Assembly: GCA_963769935.1 (NCBI GenBank)
Contig: CAVYNY010000011.1
Span: forward strand, 160,001 to 224,000
Source of the DNA: an uncultured delta proteobacterium
GTDB lineage: Bacteria; Desulfobacterota; Desulfobacteria; Desulfobacterales; JAFDCJ01
Length of the DNA: 64,000 nt
Direction: 5' to 3'
The translations under genes were made by a program, and so were the position numbers. Positions 42,903 through 54,066 of the stretch are shown here, piece by piece. A model generated the notes under the pieces. It saw only the letters and a program-made list of their open reading frames with translations, ran no database searches and was not told the DNA's origin. How positions within the stretch are numbered: the stretch's first letter is position 1; each line of letters begins with the position of its first letter.

Positions 42903-43450
42903 GGGACGGGCCAAGATAAGGTGTAGTATTTTCTTGATTTTTACTCCAAACATGGGTGTTTTGGGTGCCTATTTCGCTCTTTTTCGCACCGAAATGAGCG
43001 ATATAGGGATATTGGACTTCCTTAAGTTGAAATGATTCTCCAGTTTCAAGGACCTTTCGTCCCAATGCCATGCCGTCCATTTGCACTTTATATTGTGGAC
43101 AATAGGTTCACTGCCAACAGCGATGCTTTCGGTCCATTGATTAAATTCCTGACCGGTTCTACCTGCTACCAGCCTGATCGAGTCAAGAATGACACCCCTT
43201 GATTTATCATCGGCCACCAGCAGATGAATATGATTTGAAGTAACTGTATAATTTAAAATGCTTAAGCCATATCGCCTTCTCGCTTCAAAAAGCCACTGGA
43301 GCCACTTCCGCCTATCTTTTGCGAACTTCAGCAGAAACTCTCTCTTATGGCATCGATGGGTAATATGCCATATCTGGCCCGGTATGTAATGCCTTTTCGC
43401 TCTTGCCATTTCTAAATCGCTGTTTTTTGCCTCAAAAAGCTCAATATAGC
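42903..43450 (-). mobile_element. RAYT family-B element, internally deleted, left end interrupted by IS1634
   Basis: MARAKRHY..WHITHRC...SNHIHLL (HUH) fused to WTESIAVGS; GGGACGGGCC end. Confidence 0.85.
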
Positions 43451-43603
43451 CTACATTTCGCGCCTGTAAAATTAAATTTCAGAATTTATGCAGTTATCGC
43501 CAATAATCACCCTAACTTGCTTATATTACAACAAATAAAAAAATCTAGACATTGCCCTTTAATTGTTTTATAACGCCTTATATCAGCCAAATAGGAGGCG
43601 TTT

Positions 43604-45286
43604 ATGAAGCAATTTGAGACGCGGTTCAAACAGGTCGATGTTTTACCAATGGTCAAGCATTATATGAGCTCGCTTGATCTGTATAACTTATTTAAAAAAT
43701 ATGTTCCAGCCTCTAACAGTTGCCTGGCCGAGCATGCGGAAAGTCTGTGCATTATTACCGCTAATATTATCTGTGACAACAAGCCACTATACAAAGTTCA
43801 AGAGTGGCTGGCAAGATATGCCGACGGACTGACAAATGAATCCGTAAATGCCGACAAGTTTAACGATGATCGCTTAGGAAGGTCTCTTTGCGCACTTTTC
43901 CAGGCAGATCGGCACTCGTTAATGACCGAGGTATCATGCAATGCCATTAAACTGCACAAACTGCTGACAGATGAGATCCATAATGACAGCACCACGGTTA
44001 CATTCAAAGGCCAATACGCAACCGCTGACCCGGATGCAGTTCAACTCAAGCATGGGCATAATAAGGATTTTCGTCCGGACTGCAAGCAGATTGTTTTTGG
44101 TCTGAACATCACTGCTGACGGTCATGTCCCGCTCAGCTACAAGGCCTATAATGGCAACCAAGATGATGACACAACTCATATTCCAAACTGGAATCAACTG
44201 CGTGCCTTGATACGCAAAGAAGACTTTATTTACATCGCCGACTGTAAATTATGCAGCAACAAAAATCTGGCATACATTGATGAAAATAACGGCTACTTCA
44301 TTACCATCATCCCAAAATTTCATAAAGAATCAACAAGCTTTATGCAATATATTAAAACCAATGAGGTTGAATGGGAAGATGCTTTTGAAATCCAACATTC
44401 TCGCAAAAAACAACAAGCCAATAAGTATAGAACATATGAGGCTGGCAAAAACAAAAAAGGCTATCGAGTTATATGGGTGCATTCCAGTTCTAAGGATCAG
44501 GATGAAAAAAATAGAAGGCGCAAGCAGATAGAAAAAGCCCAACAGGCGATGGAAGAACTGATACCAAAGCTTAACGCGTATCACTTCAAAACACAAAAAC
44601 AGATTAGCAAAGCGGTTAATACAATCTGTAAGCCAGTACAAGGGTTAATCGATGTAAAAATCACAAAAGGTCGCAAGCAGATTTGCAAGAGAATCCCATC
44701 AACCAAGCGGCAATCAGGCGATCCAATTTATGAAAATAAATGGTCATTTAATTATGGACTTGAATGGAAGATAAATGAACAAGCCGTTATAGACGAATCA
44801 AAAACAGACGGGCTGTTCCCTCTTATCACCAATAATCACTTGTTGGATGCCGGCGAAGTGCTCAGAATGTACAAACGTCAAGCCTATCTTGAAAAAAGGA
44901 TGTATACCAAAAAGTCAATATTAGATGTTGCCCCGGTCTTTCTTAAAAAGGAAAGGCGGATTGAAGCCGTATTGCTGCTTTATTTTTTTGCACTGATGAT
45001 CGTATCTCTTATTGAAAGAAATATACGATTGAATATGACAAAGCAGCAGATAGAAAAACTTCCGATACTGCCCCAGAAAATGAATACCAAAAAGCCGACC
45101 TGGAATAATATTCGCTATTTTTGTCGAGATATTCACCTGTCAGTAATCCTCAGAAATAAAGTTGCAATCCAGGTAGATGTGCAAGGGCTTAGCGATATGC
45201 ATATAAAAGTCTGCGAGCTAGTTGAGGTACCGAGTTCGGCTTATAAAAATTTACATGATCAATGGTGGTTGTTTGAAGGTACGTAA
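43604..45286 (+). CDS. IS1634-family transposase; element spans about 43450-45349
   Basis: NDDRLGRSL, HNDST, GHNKDFRPDCKQ, G.P, IADCKL, Y..Q...E..K; imperfect IRs CCTACATTTCGC / ACGAAATATAAG. Confidence 0.9.
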   Translation: MKQFETRFKQVDVLPMVKHYMSSLDLYNLFKKYVPASNSCLAEHAESLCIITANIICDNKPLYKVQEWLARYADGLTNESVNADKFNDDRLGRSLCALFQADRHSLMTEVSCNAIKLHKLLTDEIHNDSTTVTFKGQYATADPDAVQLKHGHNKDFRPDCKQIVFGLNITADGHVPLSYKAYNGNQDDDTTHIPNWNQLRALIRKEDFIYIADCKLCSNKNLAYIDENNGYFITIIPKFHKESTSFMQYIKTNEVEWEDAFEIQHSRKKQQANKYRTYEAGKNKKGYRVIWVHSSSKDQDEKNRRRKQIEKAQQAMEELIPKLNAYHFKTQKQISKAVNTICKPVQGLIDVKITKGRKQICKRIPSTKRQSGDPIYENKWSFNYGLEWKINEQAVIDESKTDGLFPLITNNHLLDAGEVLRMYKRQAYLEKRMYTKKSILDVAPVFLKKERRIEAVLLLYFFALMIVSLIERNIRLNMTKQQIEKLPILPQKMNTKKPTWNNIRYFCRDIHLSVILRNKVAIQVDVQGLSDMHIKVCELVEVPSSAYKNLHDQWWLFEGT

Positions 45287-45431
45287 CTGAATTTTTGATA
45301 AATATAGCTTGAATTAAAATTAAAATATTTTCGATATACGAAATATAAGTTCTAAGGTTAAAAATCACCCCTACTTTACAACCTTTTTACTATAAATACA
45401 AAACCTTGCGGTGGTCCACCCAATGCCGCGG

Positions 45432-45839
45432 CTATGAATACAAAACCTTGCGGTGGTCCGACCCAACCCAATGCCGCGGCTCGCTTTCGATGTCAACGGT
45501 AGTCGCCGCCTTTTCGTTTAGTGCACCGGGTTTGCCGTACACCGGAATGACACGGTAGCGATACCTGTATCCCGGTTTGGCCGTGTAGTCCGCCCACTGG
45601 AATGCTTGGAAGGGGTGATCATGGCTGCTGGCATCCTCAAATCCGGTGGAAGGGCGTATGCTGGGGAAAGTCTTATTCCCCCGCAGCCAGATGGTTTCGT
45701 CTTCTGTGAGGTCCGCGCGTTGGATGGCAAATCCCATCAACCCCTTCGCATCTGATTCCTTCATGTCGAACGCAAGAAATATGACATATGTGCCGCTGAT
45801 TGCTCTTACGTTTACGAATCCCGCCGCTGTCTTTCGCAT
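45432..45839 (-). pseudogene. N-terminal fragment of a phospholipase D-like protein
   Basis: GFAIQR, PFQAFQWADY..PG..Y.YRVIPV.G.P; no HKD motif before the truncation. Confidence 0.6.
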
Positions 45840-46339
45840 GAGTTTTCTCCTTTTTTCGGTTAGTGAAAACGCATAACGAGTGATCAAGGGGTGTCCGTTT
45901 TTAAGCCGGATTCTGGATGCTCGATGCTGGAAGCTGGGAAAGGCAGCACTCCTTTTACAGTTCATTAATAAGCATCTCGAACCCATCAGCCCCTTTCTAT
46001 GGGACCGTTTGCATGAAAATACACTAAAATTACAGGCAATTATCTGCGATCTGTTTTATGAATTGACGCCTAAACTAAGTGAAAAATTATGCGAATCCGA
46101 TTGTTTGGATTTTATTCCTGCGACATGACCGGGATTCCGCATATGCGAATCCATCATCGAGAATTGATAATTTTGTATGTAAAACTGCGTTGCAGTTTTA
46201 AATCTTTTGAGGAGAGAGTATTTAAGGATTAGAATTATTCTATTTGTACCGAATTAATCCAGTGGTGTCAATCCGTGGTTTTACTCAATGGGATTGAGTA
46301 GAAATACCTAATTTGGGATTAGGGGAAAATACTCTAATT

Positions 46340-46630
46340 GAAGGGCAGAATCGGAGAACCGGTGAAACGGAGATGGAAAGGATGAGATTGGGAAACGGAG
46401 AACCGGAGAGAGGGAGAAACGGAGTTTGAAGGGATGAAATGGAGAATCGGGAAGGGGGTATGGCGCTTCCGCGCCGGCTCATAGCTCATAGTTCCAAGGT
46501 AAACAGGAAAGGTTTAACGGGGCAGGCTGATCTATTGATATTTAACGGGGTAAACATAGGTGATTTAGGAAGGTTAAAGGTCAAAGGAGAAAGGCTAAAG
46601 GACAAATGTTAAAGGATAAAGGTCAAAGGT
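46340..46630 (+). repeat. Purine-rich GAAACGG/AAAGG low-complexity tract
   Basis: Iterated GAAACGG, GAATCGG and AAAGG units. Confidence 0.8.
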
Positions 46631-46665
46631 TTGAGCCTGCGCGCAGTCCGGGACCGAGTTTGAAA

Positions 46666-47178
46666 TTATTTTAGCACAATCGGCTCATAGGCCTGCTGGA
46701 GGGTTGCTATAGGAAGGAAAAGTTCCAGGGGGTTATCCGGCAAAGAAATGAAACCAAATTTTTCGTAATAGCCTTTTGCCTCTTCGTTTTTTGCGTCGAC
46801 AAAGAAGCCGATAATGCCCAGGTTTTTCGACACCAATAAAATCCGTTCGATCGCATTAACCACCATAATAGTACCGCAGCCCTGTCGTTGTTTTATTTTT
46901 GAAACAGCCAATCTCGCCAGCTTCGCTGCAGGAACCTTGGAAGGATATTTTTTAGAATATTTGCGCGGCAATTTTTCAACATGTACTTCACATGCCGCCA
47001 ATGTGTAGTACCCAAGAATTTTTTTGGGATTATTATCATCGATAAGCACAAAGGTTTTTGACATTCCCTTCTCAAGATGCTGCCGAGCGGTTCTCTGCAA
47101 ATACCTGTTGAGATCATCGTCGCCGCAATCGAATTCAACTCTATCGTGGTTCTTTGTTAAAGGTTCAATTTTCAGCAT
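46666..47178 (-). CDS. GNAT acetyltransferase toxin (TacT/AtaT-like)
   Basis: FDCG...LN.YL, GYYTL, LARLAV..QRQGCG, VDAKN, YEKFGF. Confidence 0.92.
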   Translation of the reverse strand: MLKIEPLTKNHDRVEFDCGDDDLNRYLQRTARQHLEKGMSKTFVLIDDNNPKKILGYYTLAACEVHVEKLPRKYSKKYPSKVPAAKLARLAVSKIKQRQGCGTIMVVNAIERILLVSKNLGIIGFFVDAKNEEAKGYYEKFGFISLPDNPLELFLPIATLQQAYEPIVLK

Positions 47179-47286
47179 AGGTAGCCGCCGATATTTCAGA
47201 AGTCCAGTTCGTCGAGTTCCTGACTATATTAAAATCAAGCCTTTTTATAAAGAGACTGGATCCCATCAAACTCTTTCCGGCTTTTT

Positions 47287-47574
47287 TCATGCATTGTCCG
47301 GACCAAATGAGGCTCTGTATTTTTTCATCGCTTCTCTAAGCTTCTTGGTGGGCCTCGGTGGATTTTCGATGGCGTTAAAAAATACACTTGCCGATTTTAT
47401 TGATAAATTTATTGTTTGATCCTTTTCAATAATCGTTTGTGCCTTTTCAATCGCGGCCTGTACGAGGAACTGATTCAGTGTGGAACCTGAAATCTCTGCA
47501 GCGCGTATCAAAGTTTGGTAAGCGTGAATTGGTATTCGTGCTGAAACACGTTCTTTCTCCTTTGATATTGGCAT
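47287..47574 (-). CDS. DUF1778 (TacA-like) antitoxin
   Basis: RVSARI, RAA.ISG.TLNQF, F..AIENPP.PT.KL. Confidence 0.9.
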   Translation of the reverse strand: MPISKEKERVSARIPIHAYQTLIRAAEISGSTLNQFLVQAAIEKAQTIIEKDQTINLSIKSASVFFNAIENPPRPTKKLREAMKKYRASFGPDNA

Positions 47575-47687
47575 ATTAAGCTCCTTTCGATCCATAATGA
47601 GATCATGGTGTTTACTATAAATGCAATTTAACACTTCGGTGCCAAACTGGCAACTTTTATTTTGAATGTTGGTGCCATATTGACGCC

Positions 47688-47985
47688 GGGAAACGGGGAT
47701 TTGATAAAGATGAAACGGAGAATCGGCGAAACGGAGCGCCGGCGAAACGGGGATGAGGGTATGAGGGGAAACGGAATAGAAAGGATGAAACGGTGAAACG
47801 GCGAAACGGCTAACGGAAAGAGGGTGCGAAGGTGGGAAGGTAAGAGGGTACGAAAAGACTGAGACGGCGAAACGGAGAGCCGGCGAAGCGGGGATGGGGG
47901 GAAAAACGGACAACAGAATGAAGATGAGCAGTTGGGAGGTTGAGAAGATGAGAAGCCGAAAGGATGAAGGTTAAAGGATGGAGGA
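47688..47985 (+). repeat. Purine-rich GAAACGG tract
   Basis: Many GAAACGG-like units. Confidence 0.85.
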
Positions 47986-48295
47986 TGATCTTCCTAAATT
48001 CGATGAGAAATGGAGCACCTGAGTCAGACCGCTTTTTCTGAACCTATCCGTTTCCGATTCAATGACGCTTTCCAATCATCATTGCTTTTTCCTTTCGGGT
48101 CTATCTACAAAAATAGGTAGGAGCCATTTTATCCCCCTCCCCCCGCCCGCCTCGCAAGCGAGAGCGTTGCGGACAGGTCAATGCCTCCCGCCAAGGGAGG
48201 GAAGTCAGGCTCCTGCCCGTTGACGGGAAGGCCGGGCGGGGGTGAAATTAAATTGCCTGTTTAATTTCTGCGGAAAACCGGTTATAAATTTAATC

Positions 48296-49153
48296 ATGCT
48301 TCAGCACACATTCATGCACATCCAAAGCATCGGCCAAGTGACCGAGCAAAGGCTTTGGGAGGCAGGTCTCAGCGATTGGGATGCATTCGGCGATGGCATT
48401 TCCATTCCCTTGTCCGGCAAGCGCAAATATTTTTTGCAAAAAGGCATCGAAGAATCCAGACTCCACCTGCACCAAAATAATCCGGGATATTTTTCCAGGT
48501 TTCTGCCTGCAAAACAAGCCTGGCGATTTTTTCCCGAGTTCAGAAATTCAACGGTATATCTGGATATCGAAACAACCGGCCTGGATCGCCAATACGAATC
48601 CATAACCACGATTGCCCTTTATGACGGCCGTGAGATTAAAACCTATGTCCAGGGACGGAACCTGGACGATTTTATCGATGAGATTTACAAATACAAAGTG
48701 ATCGTCACGTACAACGGCAAATGTTTTGATATCCCCTTTATCGAAAGCTTCTTTGACATCCGGTTGAATCAGGCCCAAATAGATTTGCGCTATGTTTTGT
48801 ACAGCCTTGGTTTCAGGGGCGGGTTGAAGAGATGTGAAAGGCAGCTGGGGTTGGACCGGGGCGATTTGCGGGATATCGATGGATTTTTGGCGGTGCTGCT
48901 CTGGGATGAGTTTGCAAAGACTGAAAGCCGGCAAACCCTTGAAACTTTGCTGGCATACAATGTTCAGGATGCCATCACGCTGGAAACCCTGATGGTAACG
49001 GCCTATAATTTGAAGCTGAAAGAAACGCCTTTTTATAATAATCTTTTGATCGAAGCATCAAGGCCGCCGGTCAATCCTTTCAGGGCCGATCCTGCAACGA
49101 TTGACAGAATTAAGAGCCGTTGGCAAAATTGGTCATCAGGTCAATGGTATTGA
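48296..49153 (+). CDS. YprB-like RNase H-fold (DEDD) exonuclease
   Basis: YLDIETTG, TYNGKCFDIPF, GGLK..E, YN.QD. Confidence 0.9.
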   Translation: MLQHTFMHIQSIGQVTEQRLWEAGLSDWDAFGDGISIPLSGKRKYFLQKGIEESRLHLHQNNPGYFSRFLPAKQAWRFFPEFRNSTVYLDIETTGLDRQYESITTIALYDGREIKTYVQGRNLDDFIDEIYKYKVIVTYNGKCFDIPFIESFFDIRLNQAQIDLRYVLYSLGFRGGLKRCERQLGLDRGDLRDIDGFLAVLLWDEFAKTESRQTLETLLAYNVQDAITLETLMVTAYNLKLKETPFYNNLLIEASRPPVNPFRADPATIDRIKSRWQNWSSGQWY

Positions 49154-49551
49154 ACGCTTGCGATGATTGATTGGGAGTTATTGGTCAACGGCTTACAAAG
49201 AATATTTTTCGCAAACATTTCTCACTTGCAGAAGAGATCCAAAAATTTCGCCAAAACATCTTCAACTAATAATAGACAACGCCTAATAAAATTGAATCTG
49301 CGCGCATGAGTCGGGAATCTAAAAATATATTCATCACGAAAGCACGAAAGGTGGAAAACACGAAAAGGGGCGATTTGTTTTAAATTTTGTTTCGTGCTTT
49401 CGTATTTTCGTGATTGGCCGTTATTTTTAAGTCTATTTCATGAATAATCCAGACGCTCAGTGTCTGAGTCAGATGCTGGCAATGGACACCCAATTGAACT
49501 TTTGCGTTCAATCGGGATGCAACTTTAAGGCGCTTAATTTCACAGTTCCAG

Positions 49552-52328
49552 ATGCTGATTCGGGAGACGCTTGTGGCCCACAACCTTACACTCTTAAAGA
49601 AAGCTGGCAAACAACCGGGTGTGCCGCTATCCACAGTAATTAAGCGGATTATCTGGCTTTGCATGCTGCCGCTGTTTTTATTTGCAACCGGCATGGCCAT
49701 CTATGAGGTCGGTGTCATACACCGACAGCAAAACGAGCAGGCTGCATTTTTAGCGGAAAACTTCGTTCTATCAATCGACAAAAGCCTCAATTCGCGAATC
49801 AAAGCGCTCAACGTGCTGGCCATGTCGCCGCTGGTGGACGATTTTTCAAGGTGGAATGAGCTTTACCGGGAGGCCCGGGGCTTTTACCAGATTTTCGGCA
49901 CGCATGTTGTTATAAGCGACGGGGGAACGCCGGCACATTTGCTCCTGAACACGCGTGTACCTTTCGGCACAAAATTGCCCGTGGTAGAAAAGCCAAATGG
50001 CCGGTTGGCGGGGCCGATTGCAATACGAACCGGCCAGCCGGCAGTGAGCGATCTTTTTGCCGGTCCGGTTGCCCATAAGCTTCTGGTGGGCATTGCGGTG
50101 CCGGTACTTCGCGAGGGAAGGCCTAAATTTGCAATCCTCACCACCATTGACCCGGAATTTTTCCAGAAGCGCATCGATCAGGTTGTCCTGCCGCCGGGCT
50201 GGTCCATGGTTTTGAAAGATGCCCAGGGAGAGTTGATTGCAGGCCGCCTTGAAAACCCGATCAAGGATCCGGCCGCCCGCTACGTTGCCGATTCGCAGGT
50301 ATCACACTGGACGGTGGCGGTCGAGGTCCCGTACACCGCTCATTGGCGGCCATTGGTTTTAACCGCGGTGGCCCTCGGAGCGGTCCTTCTCGCGGCAACA
50401 TTGGCGGGTTATCTGGGCGGCAATTGGGCCGGGCGCCGTCTTGGAAGATCGGTTGCATCTCTGACCCAAACGCCGGCCCCGGGCACCCCGCCGCCCGACA
50501 TCCTGGAAGTCGCCGCCGCACGCCGCCTGCTCGATGAGGAAGCGGAGAGGCGAACGATACTCGAGGCGCGTTACCGCAATCTTTTCAGGTATTCGCCGGA
50601 TGCCATATTCGTAATCCAGGAAGACCGCGTCACCCTGGTAAACGAGGCGTGCCTGCAGCTGTTCGGCGCGCAGGCAGCCGAAGAGCTGATCGGCAAGAGA
50701 CCTAATGCTCTCTTTCATCCGGATTTTCAGCCGGCCATCGGAGAGCGCATTCACCGGCTGCTTGATCCGGGCGAATCAGCACCCCGGCTCGAAGCGAAAA
50801 TTGTCCGCATTGACGGTGGCGCAATCGATGTGGAAGTGCTTGCGGTTCTCTTTCCATTCGAAGGATCCAACGCCATCCATGTGATTCTGCGGGACATAAC
50901 AAAGCGCAAGCAGGCCGCAGAGATTTTGGCCGCAAGTGAAAGAAAATACCGCGAGCTGATTGAAACGGCCAACAGCATCATCATTCGCTGGGACAAACAG
51001 GGGGTGATCAATTTCATCAATGAATTCGGCGCCCGGTTCTTCGGCTATAAGGTTGAGGAGCTGATCGACAGGGACGTTATGACCATCGTGCCGAAAGTGG
51101 AAAAAAGCAGCGGCAGGGACCTCGATGCACTGGTTAAGGATATCGTCGTCAATCCTGACCGGTATACTTACGTGCCCAACGAAAACCTCACCAGGGACGG
51201 CCGGATCGTGTGGGTGGCCTGGACCAACAAGGCGATCACGGATGAGCAGGGCAGCGTGCAGGAGATCCTGGCCATCGGCAACGACATTACCCAATTGAAG
51301 GAAGCGCAGACTGCGCGGGAAGAGAGCGAGTCGCTCTATCGGGCGATTGCGCAAAACTTTCCGGAAGGTGCCATTTATATTTTCGATCATGACCTGCGTT
51401 TCCGTGTCGCCGATGGGGAGGCGGTGGCAACCCTGGGATTCAGCCGCGAGGAGTTGGAGGGAAAAACCATTTGGGAAGCAACCGATGAAAAAACCTGCGC
51501 CATTTTAGCGCAACGTTATCCCCGAGTGCTGGCTGGTGAGTCGCTTCATTTCGAGACACCGTTTAAGGGTCGCGTGTTCTCTTCCTCCTATGTTCCGATC
51601 CGGGATAGTCACGGTAAAATAACGGCCGGTATGGTGGTAAGCCATGACATCACCGAACGCAAACAGGCCGAAGAAGCGCTTCGCGAAAGCAAGGAGCGCA
51701 TCCAAGCTTCGCTCGCCGAAAAAGAGGTGTTATTGCAGGAAATCCATCACCGCGTGAAGAACAATATGCAGGTGATCTCCAGCCTGGTGGCGCTGCAAGC
51801 TCATGAGATCAAAGAACCCGCCATGAAAAACGTCCTCCAGGAAACCAGCCACCGGGTACGTTCCATGGCTATGGTGCACGAGAAACTGTATCAGTCCGCT
51901 GATTTTGCCCGGGTGGATTTTGCCGACTACGCCCGGAGCCTGCTGGCCTATCTCTGGCGCGCCTACAGTACCGAAGCTTCAGGCGTAAGCTGACAACGGA
52001 ACTGGTGCCGGTAGCGCTTCCGGTGAACATTGCGGTCCCGTGCGGCTTGATCCTGAACGAGCTGGTCGGCAACGCGCTCAAACATGCCTTTAAGGGACGC
52101 GCCGGGGGCCAGGTGACCGTATCGCTGCACTGCGATGCCCAAAGCCGGGTGCGCCTGGCCGTGCGTGACGACGGTAAAGGCCTTCCGCCCGGGATTGATT
52201 TAAAGCAGTCCGGCTCCCTGGGACTCCGCCTTGTAGAGATGCTGGCCAGCCAGATTCATGCCGCCTTAGAAGTTTCAAGTGATAAAGGAACCCAATTTAT
52301 GGTTGAATTTGACAAGCCGCTGATTTGA
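49552..52328 (+). pseudogene. Cache/multi-PAS HisKA_2 histidine kinase, split by a frameshift near 51988
   Basis: EIHHRVKNNMQ; HATPase (NELVGNALKHAF, DDGKG, SLGL) lies in another frame. Confidence 0.88.
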
Positions 52329-52643
52329 AGGGATGAAACGGAATTGAAAGATAGAACCGGAGAAACGGGGAAACGGAGAATCGGAGAGACGGTGAAACAG
52401 GGAAACGGGGTAAAAAGATGGAAACGGAGAATCGGAGAGGGGGGAAACGGAGAGGGGGTGAAACGGAGTTTGAAGGGATGAAACGGTGAAACGGGGGGAC
52501 GGGGAAGCGGAGCTTGTACGGATGGAACCCGAGAATCGGAGATGAGCAGAAACGGAGCTTGAACGGATGGACCAGAGAAACGGTGACCGAGGGGGACAGT
52601 TCTGATAGTTGTCCAGTTGGTCTCACCAGTTAAATTGAGGGGG
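52325..52643 (+). repeat. GAAACGG tract + 55-bp motif (left direct repeat)
   Basis: 52589-52643 matches 61803-61857 at 50 of 55 positions. Confidence 0.85.
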
Positions 52644-52675
52644 GGAGGCGATTCCAAGATTGGAGGATGCTTTTT

Positions 52676-53560
52676 TTAAAGCAGTTTCAGCTCAGCCGGA
52701 ATGGGGGGCATGGCACCCTGGCAGGTGCAGACATAGGCTGCCAAGCGGTTGGCATGATCGGCTATGGCAGCGAGCGGTCGGCCCAGCAGCCGGCCCAGGG
52801 TCGTTGCGGCAGTGAAAGCGTCGCCGGCGCCGATGGTATCGACAATCGAACAGGAGATGCCCGGAAGGTCTACGCATTCATCATCGGAGAGCAGCAGGCA
52901 GCCTGCCGGTCCGCGGGTGAGGATGGCGATATCCAGTAAATGCCGCTCGATCAGATCCCTGAGGATGGCCTCATCACTGCCGTCAAGGGAAAACATGGCG
53001 GCAACAACCTGCAGCTCCTCCTCGCTGAGTTTCAAAATGTTGGCCTTGGCAAGGCAGGCTTCGATGATTTCCCGGCTGTAGAAAGGCCGGCGCAAGTTGA
53101 GATCGCATATTCTGAGCGCGGTTGGCGGAAGCGCGTCGATGAAGGAATAGATTGCCTTGCGCGACTGTTCCGAACGTTGGGCCAGGGTGCCGAAGCAGAC
53201 CCCCTGGAAAGAATCGGTCAAGGCTATCAGCTGCTTGTCGAAAATGAGGTGGTCCCAAGCCGTATCGGCAGCAAAGTCGTAGCTGGGCACTCCATTTTTA
53301 TCCATGGTTACCTGGACGTAGCCGGTTTCAAAAAGAGGTGTTTTACTGATAGTTTCGGTGGGCAGCCCATGATGGGCCAGTTCGGCCAAAGCGCGCCGGC
53401 CCCGTTCGTCTTCCCCTACGGTTGATATTGGAATGCCGCGTCCACCGAGGGCATTTATGTGGTAGGCGAAATTGATCGGTGCACCGCCAAGTTTTTCATT
53501 GTCTTCCAAGACATCCCATAAAATTTCACCGATGCCGGCCACCATGATGGGTTGACCCAT
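52676..53560 (-). CDS. PfkB carbohydrate kinase (fructokinase-like)
   Basis: GEILWD, GGAP.N, DLNLR, DTIGAGDAF. Confidence 0.92.
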   Translation of the reverse strand: MGQPIMVAGIGEILWDVLEDNEKLGGAPINFAYHINALGGRGIPISTVGEDERGRRALAELAHHGLPTETISKTPLFETGYVQVTMDKNGVPSYDFAADTAWDHLIFDKQLIALTDSFQGVCFGTLAQRSEQSRKAIYSFIDALPPTALRICDLNLRRPFYSREIIEACLAKANILKLSEEELQVVAAMFSLDGSDEAILRDLIERHLLDIAILTRGPAGCLLLSDDECVDLPGISCSIVDTIGAGDAFTAATTLGRLLGRPLAAIADHANRLAAYVCTCQGAMPPIPAELKLL

Positions 53561-53919
53561 GATATTCCCTCCACGCGCTGGTGAGAAACTGAAATCGGAT
53601 TAATTCCCTTCGCAGGCTCCTATCAGGAGCATCGACCGTACTACCGATCGGGACGGCTGTCCATATAAAAGTGACGGTGCTGTGGCGCTTACGGCAAACG
53701 TTGCGACGTCCATCTTTTTCCGTAAAACCGCGCAACCGGGTTTCCTGGTATTTATCCTCAATATTCCATTCTTCTCTCCGATCCGCAGGCTCTACGAGCC
53801 GGAGGCCAATATTCCACTATTCCATGGGTTATCTGACGGCCAAAAGCAAGCCTCTGGGGTAAAATCAAAGCCTGGTCCGCCGGACCGGGATTCTTTATTT
53901 TATCTTTTTAAATTAATAC

Positions 53920-53967
53920 TTGACAACGGGATCGTGCTCACCTATTAACTAAACCTAGTTTAATTAA
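53920..53967 (+). promoter_or_regulatory. Promoter and putative ROK operator
   Basis: TTGACA-17-TATTAA overlapped by the palindrome TTAACTAAAC-CTA-GTTTAATTAA. Confidence 0.6.
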
Positions 53968-54066
53968 ATTTACTGCTGAAATTATTCTATTTTTTTAAAG
54001 ATCAGGTCATTTATGGGCACTTAAGTAAAGATAATTTAATAAATAACAAGTCTTTCACACGGCCCT

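Noticed and set aside
45391..45480. Mini CRISPR array
   Set aside because: Two adjacent imperfect repeats with no spacer and no cas genes.
47575..47913. Long N-terminal extension on the DUF1778 ORF, and ORFs at 46285-46482 and 52256-52657
   Set aside because: Translations of low-complexity purine tracts.
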